A stretch of 64,000 nucleotides of DNA from a virus (taxonomy: Duplodnaviria > Caudoviricetes), in the IMG/VR virus record IMGVR_UViG_3300013936_000027, positions 956-64,955 of that record; one strand, given 5' to 3'. Below, piece after piece: positions 45,067 to 56,634 of this stretch. The position numbers and the translations under genes were made by a program. Below the pieces are notes generated by a model that worked only from the letters and a program-made list of their open reading frames with translations, was not told where the DNA came from and ran no database searches. How positions within the stretch are numbered: position 1 is the first letter of the stretch; every line of letters starts with the position of its first letter.

Positions 45067-45675
45067 ATGGAAATTGAAGTTCAGAACAACATTCCCAATG
45101 TAAAGGTAAGCGTAAATCAGAATACAGATGGCTCTTTTATAATTCTGCTTGCACAGATGAATAACAAAACACTCGGCAGTTTGAAACCCGGTGACACCGT
45201 GACCCTCGGTGAACGTAAGTATATCGTGCTTGGTCACGGAGCAGAGACCACCGCTGTAATCACAAAGAAGCCTGTCAAGTCTATGGCTTTCGGCAAAGAT
45301 GGTGATTACGCTAAAAGCGACGTTCGAGCATACTGCAACGGCGAGTTCTACAAAGAGCTCTGTAAAGCAGTCGGAAAAGATAACATCATTCCTCATGCCG
45401 TAAAACTTGTTTCAGATGATGGTTCAAATAAAAGCGCAAGTGTAAAGGATAATGTTTCAATCCTGACCACCGACCTTTACCGCCGCTATCGTGAGCTTCT
45501 TCCTGCAATAGGCTCCACTTGTTGGACAGCGACAAGAGTAACTACCCTTGACAAGGACAATGCTCGTTTTGTTTGCTGTGTCAGTTCCAGCGGTATTCTT
45601 GGCTGGCTTGACTGTGGCTATTCCTTTGGCGTTCGCCCGTTTTGTATCTTGAATTCTTCTATCTTGGTATCTTGA
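45067..45675 (+). CDS. DGR target protein 1 (DUF6273-like; VR1 at 45562-45642)
   Basis: The 3' end matches TR with 11 substitutions at TR adenines plus one terminal C/T difference. Confidence 0.9.
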   Translation: MEIEVQNNIPNVKVSVNQNTDGSFIILLAQMNNKTLGSLKPGDTVTLGERKYIVLGHGAETTAVITKKPVKSMAFGKDGDYAKSDVRAYCNGEFYKELCKAVGKDNIIPHAVKLVSDDGSNKSASVKDNVSILTTDLYRRYRELLPAIGSTCWTATRVTTLDKDNARFVCCVSSSGILGWLDCGYSFGVRPFCILNSSILVS

Positions 45676-45691
45676 TACGAATTAAGATGAT

Positions 45692-46057
45692 ATGAGTAGT
45701 GAAGCTAAATTTGAGATAGGTAATAAGGCAGAACAACTGTATTACAGTGTATTCGACCTCACAACCAACAGGCAACACTATCCTGTGAAATTTCGCAGAC
45801 TTGCAGATAAGCTTCAAGAATATGCACTTGATATTCACTGCGATGTTTTGGATACAAATGCCTTCCCAACCGATTCATCTGAACATAGGCAAAAGAGATG
45901 GAATTTGCAGACAAGCGTTATAGCCAAATGCAATAAATTTTTAAGCCTAACCAAGTATAGTTTACATGCGCATCTGATAAGTGCCGCAACGAGTGAAAAG
46001 TGGGTTGCATTGGCGCATGATATAAAATTTATGACACTCAGTTGGCGAAAAACCTGA
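45692..46057 (+). CDS. avd: DGR accessory variability determinant (Avd, four-helix bundle)
   Basis: 121 aa helical protein between target and TR; typical YP..FR...WRK pattern. Confidence 0.8.
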   Translation: MSSEAKFEIGNKAEQLYYSVFDLTTNRQHYPVKFRRLADKLQEYALDIHCDVLDTNAFPTDSSEHRQKRWNLQTSVIAKCNKFLSLTKYSLHAHLISAATSEKWVALAHDIKFMTLSWRKT

Positions 46058-46086
46058 TTTGATAATTTATTAGGTTATATGCTGTT

Positions 46087-46167
46087 GCTCGTTATGTTTG
46101 CTATGTCAATTCCAACGGTATTCTTAACTGGAATGACTGTGACTATTCCAATGGCGTTCGCCCGTTC
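46087..46167 (+). repeat. DGR template repeat (TR)
   Basis: 81-nt AAT/AAC-rich repeat of VR1 and VR2; GACCAC-TACG-GTGGTC hairpin in the downstream spacer. Confidence 0.92.
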
Positions 46168-46283
46168 TGGTGGATTAGTGAGGTTTATAGACCACTACGG
46201 TGGTCACAAAGAGTGCACCACTACATCAAAAGAGCATATAACCTTTCTCATAAAAAGTTATGGGATAAATACAAAAGTTTATT

Positions 46284-47694
46284 ATGGATGATTTTCAAAC
46301 ACTTATTGATTTCAAAAATCTCTATAATTCTTATCAGGTGTCTCTCAGGGGCAATGGTAAGAAAATGAGTGCGGCGAAGTTCAATGTGATGGCTCTTGAG
46401 CATTTATATGTTATTAAGCAACAATTATTGAACCGCACATACAAGATTTCGCCGTATTCGGAGTTTATCGTTACCGAACCTAAAAAACGGATTATCAAAT
46501 CAGGTTCTTTTCGGGATAAGGTTGTACAGCATTGTCTTTGTGACTATGTTTTACTGCCAAAGATGAAGAATATATTTATCGAAGATAATTATGCCGGTCA
46601 AATTGGCAAGGGTACTTTATTCGGACTTAATCGTTTGTCTGAACATTTAGAAAACTTTTATGCGGAACACGGTGCTAACGGATATATCCTTAAATGCGAT
46701 ATAACGAAATTCTTTTATACAATCAATCACGACATTATGAAAAAGTGTATTCGCAAGTATTTTAATGATGACGGTATCCAATGGATATGTGATTTGTTTA
46801 TAGACAGTGTTGACGGAGACGGATTACCGCTCGGAAACCAAAGCAGTCAGGTTTTTGCTTTGATTTATCTTACCGGTCTTGATTACTTTATAACCGAAGA
46901 ACTTGGCTGCAAGTATTACGGTAGATATATGGATGACTTTTATCTGTTGAGTGAAGATAAAGAATATTTGAAAGATTGCCTTAGACAAATCAAGAACTAT
47001 TTGGCTGATTATAAACTAACTTTGAATGATAAGACTGAGATAGTTCCAATGTGTAAAGGCATTAGATTTCTCGGCTTTCATACATATTTGACAGACCAAG
47101 GCAAGGTAATTCGCAAACTCAATGGAGAAAACAAAAGACAAATAAAAAAAGCGGTTAAGGAAATATGCCAAACTTGTTAAGGATGGCAGTATGACAAGAA
47201 AACGCTTCGATGAAATATACGTATCATGGAAGAATCATGCATCGCACGGAAACTGTTATAAACTGTTGTGTGATATGGATTTATTTATTGGTGAATTATT
47301 TGGAGAGAAGAAAGTGGAATTAAGATTGTTAATTGCAGGAAGCCGAGACTTTGAGGGCTATACCTACTTAAATTCCTGCGTGTCAAAATTCATTAAAGAA
47401 CACATGGATAAAAATATTACCATTGTGAGCGGAAATGCTCGCGGAGCAGATAAGCTTGGTGAAAAATTTGCCATAGACAATGGAATCAAACTCCGAAAAT
47501 TTCCCGCAGATTGGGTCAAGTTCGGTAAGAGTGCGGGTTTTATCAGAAACAATCAGATGCTGGAATATATTCAAGAACCCAATTGTGAATGTGCAGTCCT
47601 TGCATTTTGGGACGGCAAAAGCCACGGAACCAAACATATGATTAATGAAGCAAGAAAAAGAAATATCGAAACGCATGAATTTATGTATGAATGA
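46284..47694 (+). CDS. DGR reverse transcriptase, frameshifted at A7 (47144-47150); corrected frame runs into a YspA/DUF2493 SLOG domain
   Basis: GLPLGNQSSQ and YGRYMDDF motifs; removing one A restores KRLRKYAKLVKDG...SWKNHASHGNCYKL, then IAGSRDF...SGNARGAD...AFWDGKSHGT. Confidence 0.88.
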
Positions 47695-49043
47695 ATGATT
47701 TGTAAAAATGGACAAAAGACATGCTGAATTGTTGAAATTGTTAATTGATGATTTGAATTCAAAGTCTAACGATGAAATTTTTAATGAACTTATTGAGGCT
47801 GGTATTGAATTTGATGATATTAAGAAAGAAAAGGATATATGATTAAAATAGATAATGATATATATGATTATGGATGTGGTTAACAAATGAAATTTAATAG
47901 TGCAGATGAAATGTGTGAGCTTATCCGCGAAGGATTTGATTTGTATAACATCAATACAGGAAATTACGTATTTGTATATTCAGACAAAGGTTCCATTGCC
48001 GTGTATCGTTTTGATTTGGAATACGCCAAAGAATTATCATCCAAAGCTGAGAAACTGGATGGGTACTGGGGCGCGTTTCTTGGACGCGGAGGCTATATTT
48101 ATGAAAATGGTTCGGAAACAGAATGGTGTAGAGAAAATTATTGTCTCGATGGTTGGAGGCTCACAAATGATTTGGATAAAAAGTGGAATCCAACATGTGT
48201 AAAGGAGGCTAACACGTGACCTTAAATGAATTTCAAAATGAATACTGCAAAGGATGCGGAACGCAGCGTTGTGGCGGTGTATATGACAAACAGTTTAGAG
48301 ACGGCTGTAAATACTATCAGCATATAATCCTTAAACAACCGTCTATTTGTGATTGTATAAAAGATGGAAATGACAACATATGAATAACGTAGGAGTTTAA
48401 AAAATGGAATATAATAGACTTTTAGAAATTGCAAGAGAAATGCATTGTTGGATTTTTTTACACACGTTTGATGAAGACGAGGTTTATAAAGAACTCGGAT
48501 TAACACCGGAGGAAAATGTATTTCTTGGCAGTATTAATGGAAAAATTAAAATTAAACTACCTAATGAAGAATAATAACGGTGAACAAATAGTATTACAAG
48601 AAAAAATCTTAAAAAAGATGAAAATAATTTTGAAAAACCTCTTGACAAATGATTAAAAAATGTGATACAATTAAATTACTTTGAGAGTGAACCGACAGCA
48701 AAGGTTGGATTTTGATTAAACTTAATAAATAAGATAGAAAAACACAAATCTTATTTACAATAACTGAGTAGTGAGTATAAAGCCATACTGATGTGGTATG
48801 CCTGTTTATATTTGAATTTGAGAAGTTGTCATCAGTTTTCGTTTGTATATAGCATATATATAATTTCAGACAAAAAGTTTCTTAAAGCGCAGAAGTATGA
48901 AGTAGCAATATAAAATAGTTAGTTTGTTTTTAGATTTAATTGATGAGGCAGATTCATTTTCAAATTGTAAAAGTTAGGTGAAGATACAAACATCCATTCT
49001 ATTGCTCCCAAAGGTGAAAGTCCTTTGGCTCGGTTTTATATAT

Positions 49044-49118
49044 TGGGGAGTCGTCAAGCGGTAAGACACAGCACTTTGACTGCTGTATGCGCGGGTTCGA
49101 ATCCCGCCTCCCCAGCCA
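49044..49118 (+). tRNA. tRNA-Gln(TTG)
   Basis: Anticodon arm CAGCA-CTTTGAC-TGCTG; GGTTCGAATCC; CCA end. Confidence 0.95.
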
Positions 49119-49189
49119 GTATCGACTTTTGTACTAAGTCGATATCAATTAGAATGGTGATAATCCTATTCCATTTAATTAAATTATTA

Positions 49190-49690
49190 TTGTAGATGCG
49201 AAAATAGGCGGCGTAAGAAAACCGATATAATGCAAAATCGTCGTTAGCAATCTGCGTGGTCACTGCACCTATGCTGATGGTGACTTACAACAACTGAGAT
49301 AAATGAGAAGAAGACAACTCTCTGTCTGCGGTGAAATGATATATCTGCTTTCGGTGCTGATACCTATCAGACATTTATCCAGCGTTACATCCTCTACCGA
49401 TACGATAAATCGGGGAATCACAACAAGTGAGGAATTATAGAGTTAAAGCCAAAATAGATACGGAGTGAAGCGGTTTATCAGTTTAATGACATAAGGTTGT
49501 GTATATGGTGTAAATAAAATTCTGGCACTTTACATTAAACTTGTAAATTTGCTGTGATTTAATCATTGGTCGGATTGTATTAATCTGAGGCGTGGATGAT
49601 TTGGAGAGGCTACGCAAACCAACTAATAGTGTTTAGGCGTAATGTAAGAAAGATACTTTCCGGCTAATGTGAGAATCATCACATAAAATT
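49190..49690 (+). ncRNA. Candidate large structured non-coding RNA between tRNAs
   Basis: About 580-nt interval with no plausible plus-strand gene and many nested helices (see findings). Confidence 0.5.
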
Positions 49691-49706
49691 TGTTTAATTG
49701 TTATCT

Positions 49707-49794
49707 GGTGGATTGGTGAAATCGGCAGACACGGCAGACTCAAAATCTGTTGCTTTAACAAAGCGTATGGGTTCAAATCCCATATCCACCACCA
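49707..49794 (+). tRNA. tRNA-Leu(CAA)
   Basis: Anticodon arm GCAGA-CTCAAAA-TCTGT; long variable arm; CCA end. Confidence 0.95.
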
Positions 49795-50114
49795 TAGTTT
49801 TTTATTAATTTGAATATAACATCGGAGGTAATATGGGTTATCATGAAAGCAGAGAAAGAAACAGAAGGCTGAAGAAGTTACATGATGAAACGGAAAACCA
49901 ATATTATGTGGGTGTTTATTATGATGAGGATAAAAAAAGATATATAAAATATTCACCAAACAAAAGAGCAGGATATACAAAATGTATTCGTAAAATAGCA
50001 AATCGCAAAGTCAGAAGAAGTAAAGATTTGTTGAGACATGGTACATACCGTAAGTTGTATGACTATTGGTGGGAGCTGTTCTGACTTTTATACTAAAGAT
50101 AGGAGGAAATTATT

Positions 50115-50876
50115 TTGGTTTACATAACCGGAGATTGTCATGCAGAATTCGGAAAATTTTCGATGAAAAGATTCCCGGAGCAAAGAGAATTAACAAGGGA
50201 AGATTTTGTTATTGTTTGTGGAGATTTTGGTATTTGGCATGATTGTCCGGAAGAGAGATATTGGCTTGATTGGATGTCTGAGAAATCATTTACATTGCTA
50301 TTTGTTGACGGCAATCATGAAAATTTTGATAGATTAAAAAATGAATTTCCTACGGTAGATTTTCATGGTGGCAAAGCTCATAAAATTAGGGACAATATAT
50401 ACCACTTGATGAGAGGGTATGTTTTTGACCTTTGCGGGAAGAAGTTTTTTGCTTTCGGAGGTGCAAGCAGCCATGATATTCAGGATGGCATTCTGAGTTT
50501 TGACGATTATCCGAACAAAAGGGCTTTAGTGGATGATTACAATAGGAGGACAAAAGCCGGTCAAAAGCTGCGCATTAATAAGGTTTCATGGTGGAAAGAT
50601 GAGCTTCCGACGAAATATGAAATGCAGCGAGGAAGAGACAATTTAAAGAAAGTTAATTATAAGGTTGACTATGTTGTTTCGCATTGTTTGCCGCAAAGTA
50701 TGGTAATTTATCTTTATGGCGGTGGTGCAGATTCAGATATTCTTACGAAGTATTTTGAACAACTTGTTCAGAATGGTTTGCAATTTAAACAATGGTATGT
50801 CGGACATTATCACAAGCAAATGAGATTACTTGGAAACTACAATATTCTTTACCACGGTATTGAAAGGATTTTATAA
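50115..50876 (+). CDS. Metallophosphoesterase
   Basis: GDCH, CGDFG, DGNHE, SHC and GHYH motifs. Confidence 0.88.
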   Translation: MVYITGDCHAEFGKFSMKRFPEQRELTREDFVIVCGDFGIWHDCPEERYWLDWMSEKSFTLLFVDGNHENFDRLKNEFPTVDFHGGKAHKIRDNIYHLMRGYVFDLCGKKFFAFGGASSHDIQDGILSFDDYPNKRALVDDYNRRTKAGQKLRINKVSWWKDELPTKYEMQRGRDNLKKVNYKVDYVVSHCLPQSMVIYLYGGGADSDILTKYFEQLVQNGLQFKQWYVGHYHKQMRLLGNYNILYHGIERIL

Positions 50877-50877
50877 T

Positions 50878-51474
50878 ATGAAAAAATGTTTTTTTGTCGC
50901 AGACTTGCATTTTGGTCATAAGAATTGTCTTGCGTTTGATAATAGACCATTTAAGTCCATTGAGGAACACGACGAGACGATTATTCAAAATTGGAATAGT
51001 AGGGTTGATATCAATGACGATGTTTGGGTTCTGGGGGATTTTAGTTGGCATAACGCAACAAAGACCATTGAGATATTTAAACGGCTTAATGGCAACAAGC
51101 ATCTCTGCATTGGTAATCACGATAAGAAACTTTTGAAAAACAAAGAAGTTCGTGATTTGTTTGTTGAAATTGTGGACTATAAAGAAATTCAAATTTCAAG
51201 GAATTGCGGAATTGTGCTTTCTCATTATCCTATTCCTTGTTTCAACAAACATCATTATGGCTGGTATCATCTCTACGGTCATGTCCATAGAAGTATAGAG
51301 TGGGATATGATGGAAAATATTAAATATCAAATGAAGTCTTTTTATGACAAAGAGTGTCGGATGTATAATGTCGGCATTATGATTCCATATATGGAGTTTA
51401 TGCCGAAAACACTTAAGGAAATCATTGAATCAGAAAAAAATGACTGCAACAATTGCAGACACGAAGGAGTTTGA
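50878..51474 (+). CDS. Metallophosphoesterase (phage-type)
   Basis: ADLHFGH, LGDF, GNHD, SHYP and GHVH motifs. Confidence 0.88.
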   Translation: MKKCFFVADLHFGHKNCLAFDNRPFKSIEEHDETIIQNWNSRVDINDDVWVLGDFSWHNATKTIEIFKRLNGNKHLCIGNHDKKLLKNKEVRDLFVEIVDYKEIQISRNCGIVLSHYPIPCFNKHHYGWYHLYGHVHRSIEWDMMENIKYQMKSFYDKECRMYNVGIMIPYMEFMPKTLKEIIESEKNDCNNCRHEGV

Positions 51475-51548
51475 AAAAAATCTTGAGGAGCAATAATCAT
51501 GGAAACGAGTCATGAATGATAAAATAAAACTTAGGAGAAAAGAACTAT

Positions 51549-51895
51549 GAACAAACGAAACATAAAAACAATTATAACGGCATTACTGTGTGCGGTGATT
51601 ATTATTACATCTGTATTTTGCTTTTCCGGTTGTCGTTATAGAGAAGCCGATAAAGTAAAATACAATCTCTCAAAAGAAGCAGATTACTTTAATTATGGCA
51701 CTGTCTAATAACAGTTCAAGTGAAATTGTTGCAACTTTTAAGACCGGCGAAAATGAGTACAAAAAGAACTATATCTATCTCAACGAATATACTCTGTATG
51801 TGGTGGAGGATATCTCAGGAACTCATACAGACCCATATCATTATCAGGTGACCTTTAATACTTCATTCCCGGTAGATATAGAAACAAAACCGTAA
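51549..51895 (+). pseudogene. Phage lipoprotein with internal deletion/frameshift
   Basis: Signal peptide ending FSGC, then a frame break near 51695. Confidence 0.55.
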
Positions 51896-51944
51896 GTATT
51901 ATCATTGCAAATTGTAGAGCGGCTGAAAAAGAGGATGTAAACAA

Positions 51945-52635
51945 ATGAGAGATATAATTTTTCGAGCTAAGCGGCAGCGCGACAGTAAATGGGTTTATGG
52001 TAATTACTGTTATGCTGAACTGCTAAATAGAAGTGGGTATGAGCATTTGATTATTGAAACACCAGCAGACGGTTGTTCTCATATTGTAATCCCCGAAACC
52101 GTAGGTCAATATACAGGATTAACCGACAAAAACGGTACAAGGATATTTGAGGGAGATATAGTTTCAACTGACTTGAAAAGACCTTACAATATAGTTGTGT
52201 TCCGCGACGGTTCTTTTATGTTTAATTGTAATGACGACGGTCAGGATTATTATGACATTATGCTTCCGATTTTACGAAGCGAACATACCCGTTATGAGTA
52301 TGGCGAGGTTATCGGGAACATACACGATAACCCAAAATTGTTAAGGAGTGAAGAACAATATAATATGGATAAAAAAGCATTTTTGATTTCCAACATCGAA
52401 GAATACGGAAAACTCATCTCTTTCTGTATTGAAAAAGATATTGATGTGTGGCGCACTTATTGGGATGAGCGAAAAAAAAGGAGACAGATGTTATCACATT
52501 GATTGGAAAAATAAAAGATGTTACTATTCTTCCCGGCGTTACTATGAAAGCAACGGTTACGAAATAGCAACTCCGACTTTTCAACTTGATGAGTATGGTA
52601 CTTACCATATAAGAAAGGAACAAAACAATGGTTGA
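51945..52635 (+). CDS. YopX-family protein read through into a frameshifted small gene (ATG 52365; A8 at 52472-52479)
   Basis: MRDIIFRAK, VGQYTGLTDKNG..IFEGDIV and VIGNIHDNP motifs. Confidence 0.8.
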
Positions 52636-53058
52636 GTACGAAATTGCAAAACGGCTTATGTCATGTTTTTCAAATAGTTTTATAAATGAACTTGGTGAAT
52701 TTATAGCGCATAGGTACGCAAATGAATACTTCAATTTAGAAAATTGCGAATCAGAACTTGATGTTAAATGCAAGCTTCTTGAGTGGTTTTCTCGTGGGGC
52801 GCATAAAACAGAGCCATATGGAACGGCGAGAAAAAATCGTGAGTTTCACAGATTTATGTTAAATGGTATAAATGAGTTTCTCCATACTGAGTTTACGGAG
52901 GCTGATATGGATATAATATATACTTATCTCGGAAATTCATGTAATCACCCCAAAACAATTAAATTTATAGAGTCCGGTTACAATATGAATCTTTTTAAAT
53001 AATTATGAAGAATGTTTATACACTACAATGAGGTTTTGACCAACCTTGGAGGTAAAGT

Positions 53059-53805
53059 ATGGGTGAATTTGTAAAACCAAAGACTGTGTTTATTACAGAT
53101 GCGGAGTATATTAAAAGTCTTGTCAATGCGAACTTGAAGAAGGATTTGCACGACAACGAGGAAATTTGCCAACACTGCCACGGCACAGGTATGGTGGTTG
53201 TAAACAACTGCTATGGATTAAGTGATGACCCGGATAAAATCATAGGGCGTTTTCCTTACAAGCATCAATCAATTTCGTTTTGTCCTAACTGTTATAATGG
53301 AATTGTTCATCGCTGTACTCTTTGCGGAAAAATAATTAAGAGGGGATTTCTTGTATGTGATTGCGAAGCACAAAAAGAGATTGAAAGGCAAAAGATTGCA
53401 AAGAAAATACAGGAAAAGTTTGAAAAAGCACCTGTTGCTCCGAAAGAGATTGTGGATTCAATGGAATGCTTCTATTCTGACTGTTATGATTACAACGATG
53501 GTTATTTCTTTGATTTTGAAGAATTTTTTGAGTGCTGGGCTAATAATCATGATAAAAATGAGGATAGACCTCTTTATTGTTGGGTGACGGATTCAATTGA
53601 AATGTCTATCGATGCTTGTGATGTTATTGAGTCTGCAACAGAAGATTTATATGAGAATGCATCTGATAACATTTCAAGTGAAGCAAAAGAAGAATTACAG
53701 AAATATGTTGATGATTGGTGTAAACGCTGCGGTGTTGGTACAACTTATTACGAAAGTCATAAATACAAGGTAAGAATTCCGTGGGAGGAATATGATGGAC
53801 AATAA
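53059..53805 (+). CDS. Zn-finger protein (DnaJ-like CxxCxGxG)
   Basis: CQHCHGTG, CPNCYNG and CTLCG motifs. Confidence 0.6.
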   Translation: MGEFVKPKTVFITDAEYIKSLVNANLKKDLHDNEEICQHCHGTGMVVVNNCYGLSDDPDKIIGRFPYKHQSISFCPNCYNGIVHRCTLCGKIIKRGFLVCDCEAQKEIERQKIAKKIQEKFEKAPVAPKEIVDSMECFYSDCYDYNDGYFFDFEEFFECWANNHDKNEDRPLYCWVTDSIEMSIDACDVIESATEDLYENASDNISSEAKEELQKYVDDWCKRCGVGTTYYESHKYKVRIPWEEYDGQ

Positions 53806-54734
53806 AGATTGTAAAAAGATTATGTTTCCTAATATTGAGATGAATGATGAATGCAACTTAGAACATGCGGTAGAAGTTCTTCAGGGGTATGGAATTCGAG
53901 TTGAAGATGATAATGCAAATTATCGTTCAGTCTGCGATGTAATGGTAGATATTTGTCGTACATTTCGATTTTGGCGCGAATTAGGCATAAGAGAAGATGA
54001 ATTTAAATTGCGTAAATATATTATTCTTAAGTCTCTTGTCGGAGTAAAATATATGAATGAATTATATTAAGCTATTTTTTACATATAATTCGTGCAATAC
54101 AAAGAAAATAACCATAACTAAAATGTAAAAAGCCTTTTAAAAAATATTTTTGAAAAACCTCTTGACATGGTAATAAGGATATGATAATATATTGTTGTTG
54201 TCAACCGTAATATTTATTTTTTATACTTTATAAATAATTTAGAATAATACCAAAATGAAAGGATGAAGAGTATGTTTACAGTCTTTAATCAAAGATTAGC
54301 CGGATTTCTGATGTTAAAGGGATTTAAGTTGATTTCCATTGAACCGAATCGAAACATTCAAAATTTCAATATATTTTCTTTTGAAAAATCAGATAAGCTT
54401 GAAAAAGCAATCCATCAGTATGAAGAAATAAAGAAGTTTTTTATATAATGGAATATAAATAAAATATCTTTTTTATTAACAATGGGATGGTATTAGATGA
54501 AGATTTTGGCTGCGTATTGTTTAAAATATGAGCGTACTGAATATGGAAAAATAATAAAAAAACAATATGAACAAAAGAAAATAAAGGAAAAACGCAATAA
54601 TATGAGACATTTGACAACAAGAAATGATGGAATATCTAATACAGTGACTACCGTACAAAAAAGATAATTATATTCTTATAAATATTAAGCTGTAATAAAA
54701 AATTTCATTATAAAAAAGATGGAGGTATAATGAA

Positions 54735-55595
54735 ATGCAAAATAAAAAAGATACTTTAAAATCCAATAGCTATGAGCTTGTAAATTTCTGCGAATTCGAC
54801 AAATACGCCGAGCAGAGTTATTGTGCAATACATGGAGTTGATAAAAGTTTAAATTTAGGAGATATTACGAAGGTGAACGAAAAAGAAATCTCAGATTTTG
54901 ATATGATGACTTGGGGATTTCCATGTACTGATATTAGCTCGGCAGGTTTACAAAAAGGTTTTGTCGATGATGAGGGCAACAAAACAAGAAGCGGTTTATA
55001 TTATGATGGATTGAGAATCTTAAAAGAGAAAAAGCCTAAGATTAGTATTATCGAAAATGTTAAGAATTTAACCAGTAAAAAATTTAAAGATATATTTAAA
55101 ATGGTTTTATTAGATTTAGATGAAGCTGGTTACAATACATATTGGCAAGTGCTTAATTCTAAAGATTTTGGGGTTCCTCAAAACAGAGAAAGAGTATTCA
55201 TCATTTCTATACGAAAAGACATAGACAATGGCAAATTTAAGTTCCCGACTCCATTTGAGAGTGATATACGATTAAAAGACATTCTTGAAGATGAAGTGGA
55301 TGAGAAATATTATATTAACACTCCTACTGCACAAAAATTGATTGATGAACTTATGGACTCTGGAAAATTAGATAAGGAAATCTCTAACACTGTAAGAACA
55401 GGGGGGGCGAGGAAGTGTAGACAGACATCAGTGGGATGTGATTCAGATTTAATTAAGACAGGAATCTTTTCTCAACAGTGTCAAAAGTTTGATAAAGAAA
55501 TTGACATTGCAAATACCTTACTTGCCAGAGATTATAAAGGATTTGGAAATCAGGGCATGAATGGAGTGATAACTCAAAATGATAAAAAGTGCTGA
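54735..55595 (+). CDS. C5-cytosine DNA methyltransferase, N-terminal part (motifs II-VIII, no motif I)
   Basis: FCEFD, GDI, GFPC, ENV and PQNRERVF present; the FxGxG motif is absent from this ORF. Confidence 0.9.
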   Translation: MQNKKDTLKSNSYELVNFCEFDKYAEQSYCAIHGVDKSLNLGDITKVNEKEISDFDMMTWGFPCTDISSAGLQKGFVDDEGNKTRSGLYYDGLRILKEKKPKISIIENVKNLTSKKFKDIFKMVLLDLDEAGYNTYWQVLNSKDFGVPQNRERVFIISIRKDIDNGKFKFPTPFESDIRLKDILEDEVDEKYYINTPTAQKLIDELMDSGKLDKEISNTVRTGGARKCRQTSVGCDSDLIKTGIFSQQCQKFDKEIDIANTLLARDYKGFGNQGMNGVITQNDKKC

Positions 55596-56299
55596 AAGTG
55601 CTCTCATCCAACCAAGAGATAGAGATTATAAACAAAAGAGTTCTGTAAGACAAGTCCATTCTTTGAGAACGGGAGGGCAGACAATGATTTTAATCAAAAA
55701 AGAGGATGGCGTATATGAAGAAAAATAATGCGATAGTTTTAGGTAGGTTGCTTCCCAACTCTGGCAAGATGCATCAAAATCAGGAAGTGTATTTTGCTGG
55801 GGGAGCGAAATATGTACAATTAAAGCATGTCATTACAAAGACCCACCTAAGATATTGATATATTCAAATGTGGCTAAAAATGATAATGAAAAGTAAGGAA
55901 ATAATTAGACTAATACACCGAGGCACAGGGGGGGGCAACAGGGGTGGATTTATTCGACAGACGGACTGATATCAACAATCCCTGCTTCCACTTATAAAGA
56001 CCCTCCAAAAATTGTTGTACAAGATAAAAAGAGAAGTTGTAATGAACAAAATAATTCAAATAGGAAATATAAAAGATGATACAAGTAATTTTTCTAATCC
56101 TCAAATAGGTAGGGTATATTCAATAGAAGGAATCGCACCTACTATTAGCACTTGCCAAGGGGGGGGGAGAGAACCAAAGGTGATTATAAATAATATGAAA
56201 TTTGTGTGTGAAAGCAGAACAGATGAAGGTTTACGAACATTTAAGGATGGAGTTATAGGAACTATCCGAACTATTGATGCGGGGGGGATAAAAGAGTGA
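55579..56299 (+). other. Chain of short TRD-like modules with poly-G tracts
   Basis: Mini-ORFs starting at 55579, 55715, 55880 and 56042; G tracts at 55799, 55928, 56159 and 56281. Confidence 0.7.
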
Positions 56300-56634
56300 T
56301 TGAAGAGAAATTTAATAATGGTTATCGTATTAGGAAGTTGACACCAAAAGAATGTTGGAGACTGATGGCTTTTTCTGATGAGGATTTTGAAAAGGCAAAA
56401 ACAGCGTTAAATGATAATTTCTATAAAGGAAAAGACAAATCGTCAAGTCAGCTATATAAACAAGCAGGAAATTCCATTGTTGTAGATGTGCTTTATTACA
56501 TATTCAAAGAACTATATGAAGCAATGCCTTATTTGTTTGATGATTTAAAAGTCAGCAGCTATTTTTCAGGTATCGGCGCATTTGAAAGCGCATTAGATAG
56601 ATTATATGAAGATATAAACTCCGAAGTAATATAA
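56296..56634 (+). CDS. C5-MTase second part (motifs IX, X, then motif I)
   Basis: RKLTPKECWRLM, YKQAGNSIVV, then YFSGIGAFE. Confidence 0.9.
   Translation: MIEEKFNNGYRIRKLTPKECWRLMAFSDEDFEKAKTALNDNFYKGKDKSSSQLYKQAGNSIVVDVLYYIFKELYEAMPYLFDDLKVSSYFSGIGAFESALDRLYEDINSEVI

Noticed and set aside
45001-45396. Long antisense ORFs (also 13189-13539, 47383-47886, 60198-60491 and others)
   Set aside because: Shadow frames of well-supported genes on the opposite strand, without RBS or recognisable motifs.
46079-46291. 70-aa ORF between avd and RT
   Set aside because: Overlaps the DGR template repeat and spacer RNA; no RBS; likely not translated.
47144-47150. Programmed -1 ribosomal frameshift at A-AAA-AAA-G in the RT
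   Set aside because: Restoring the RT needs a +1 shift (loss of one A); a -1 slip enters the wrong frame.
46284-47180. Group II intron or retron reverse transcriptase
   Set aside because: The LGNQSSQ motif, adjacent avd and adenine-specific TR/VR pairs identify a DGR.
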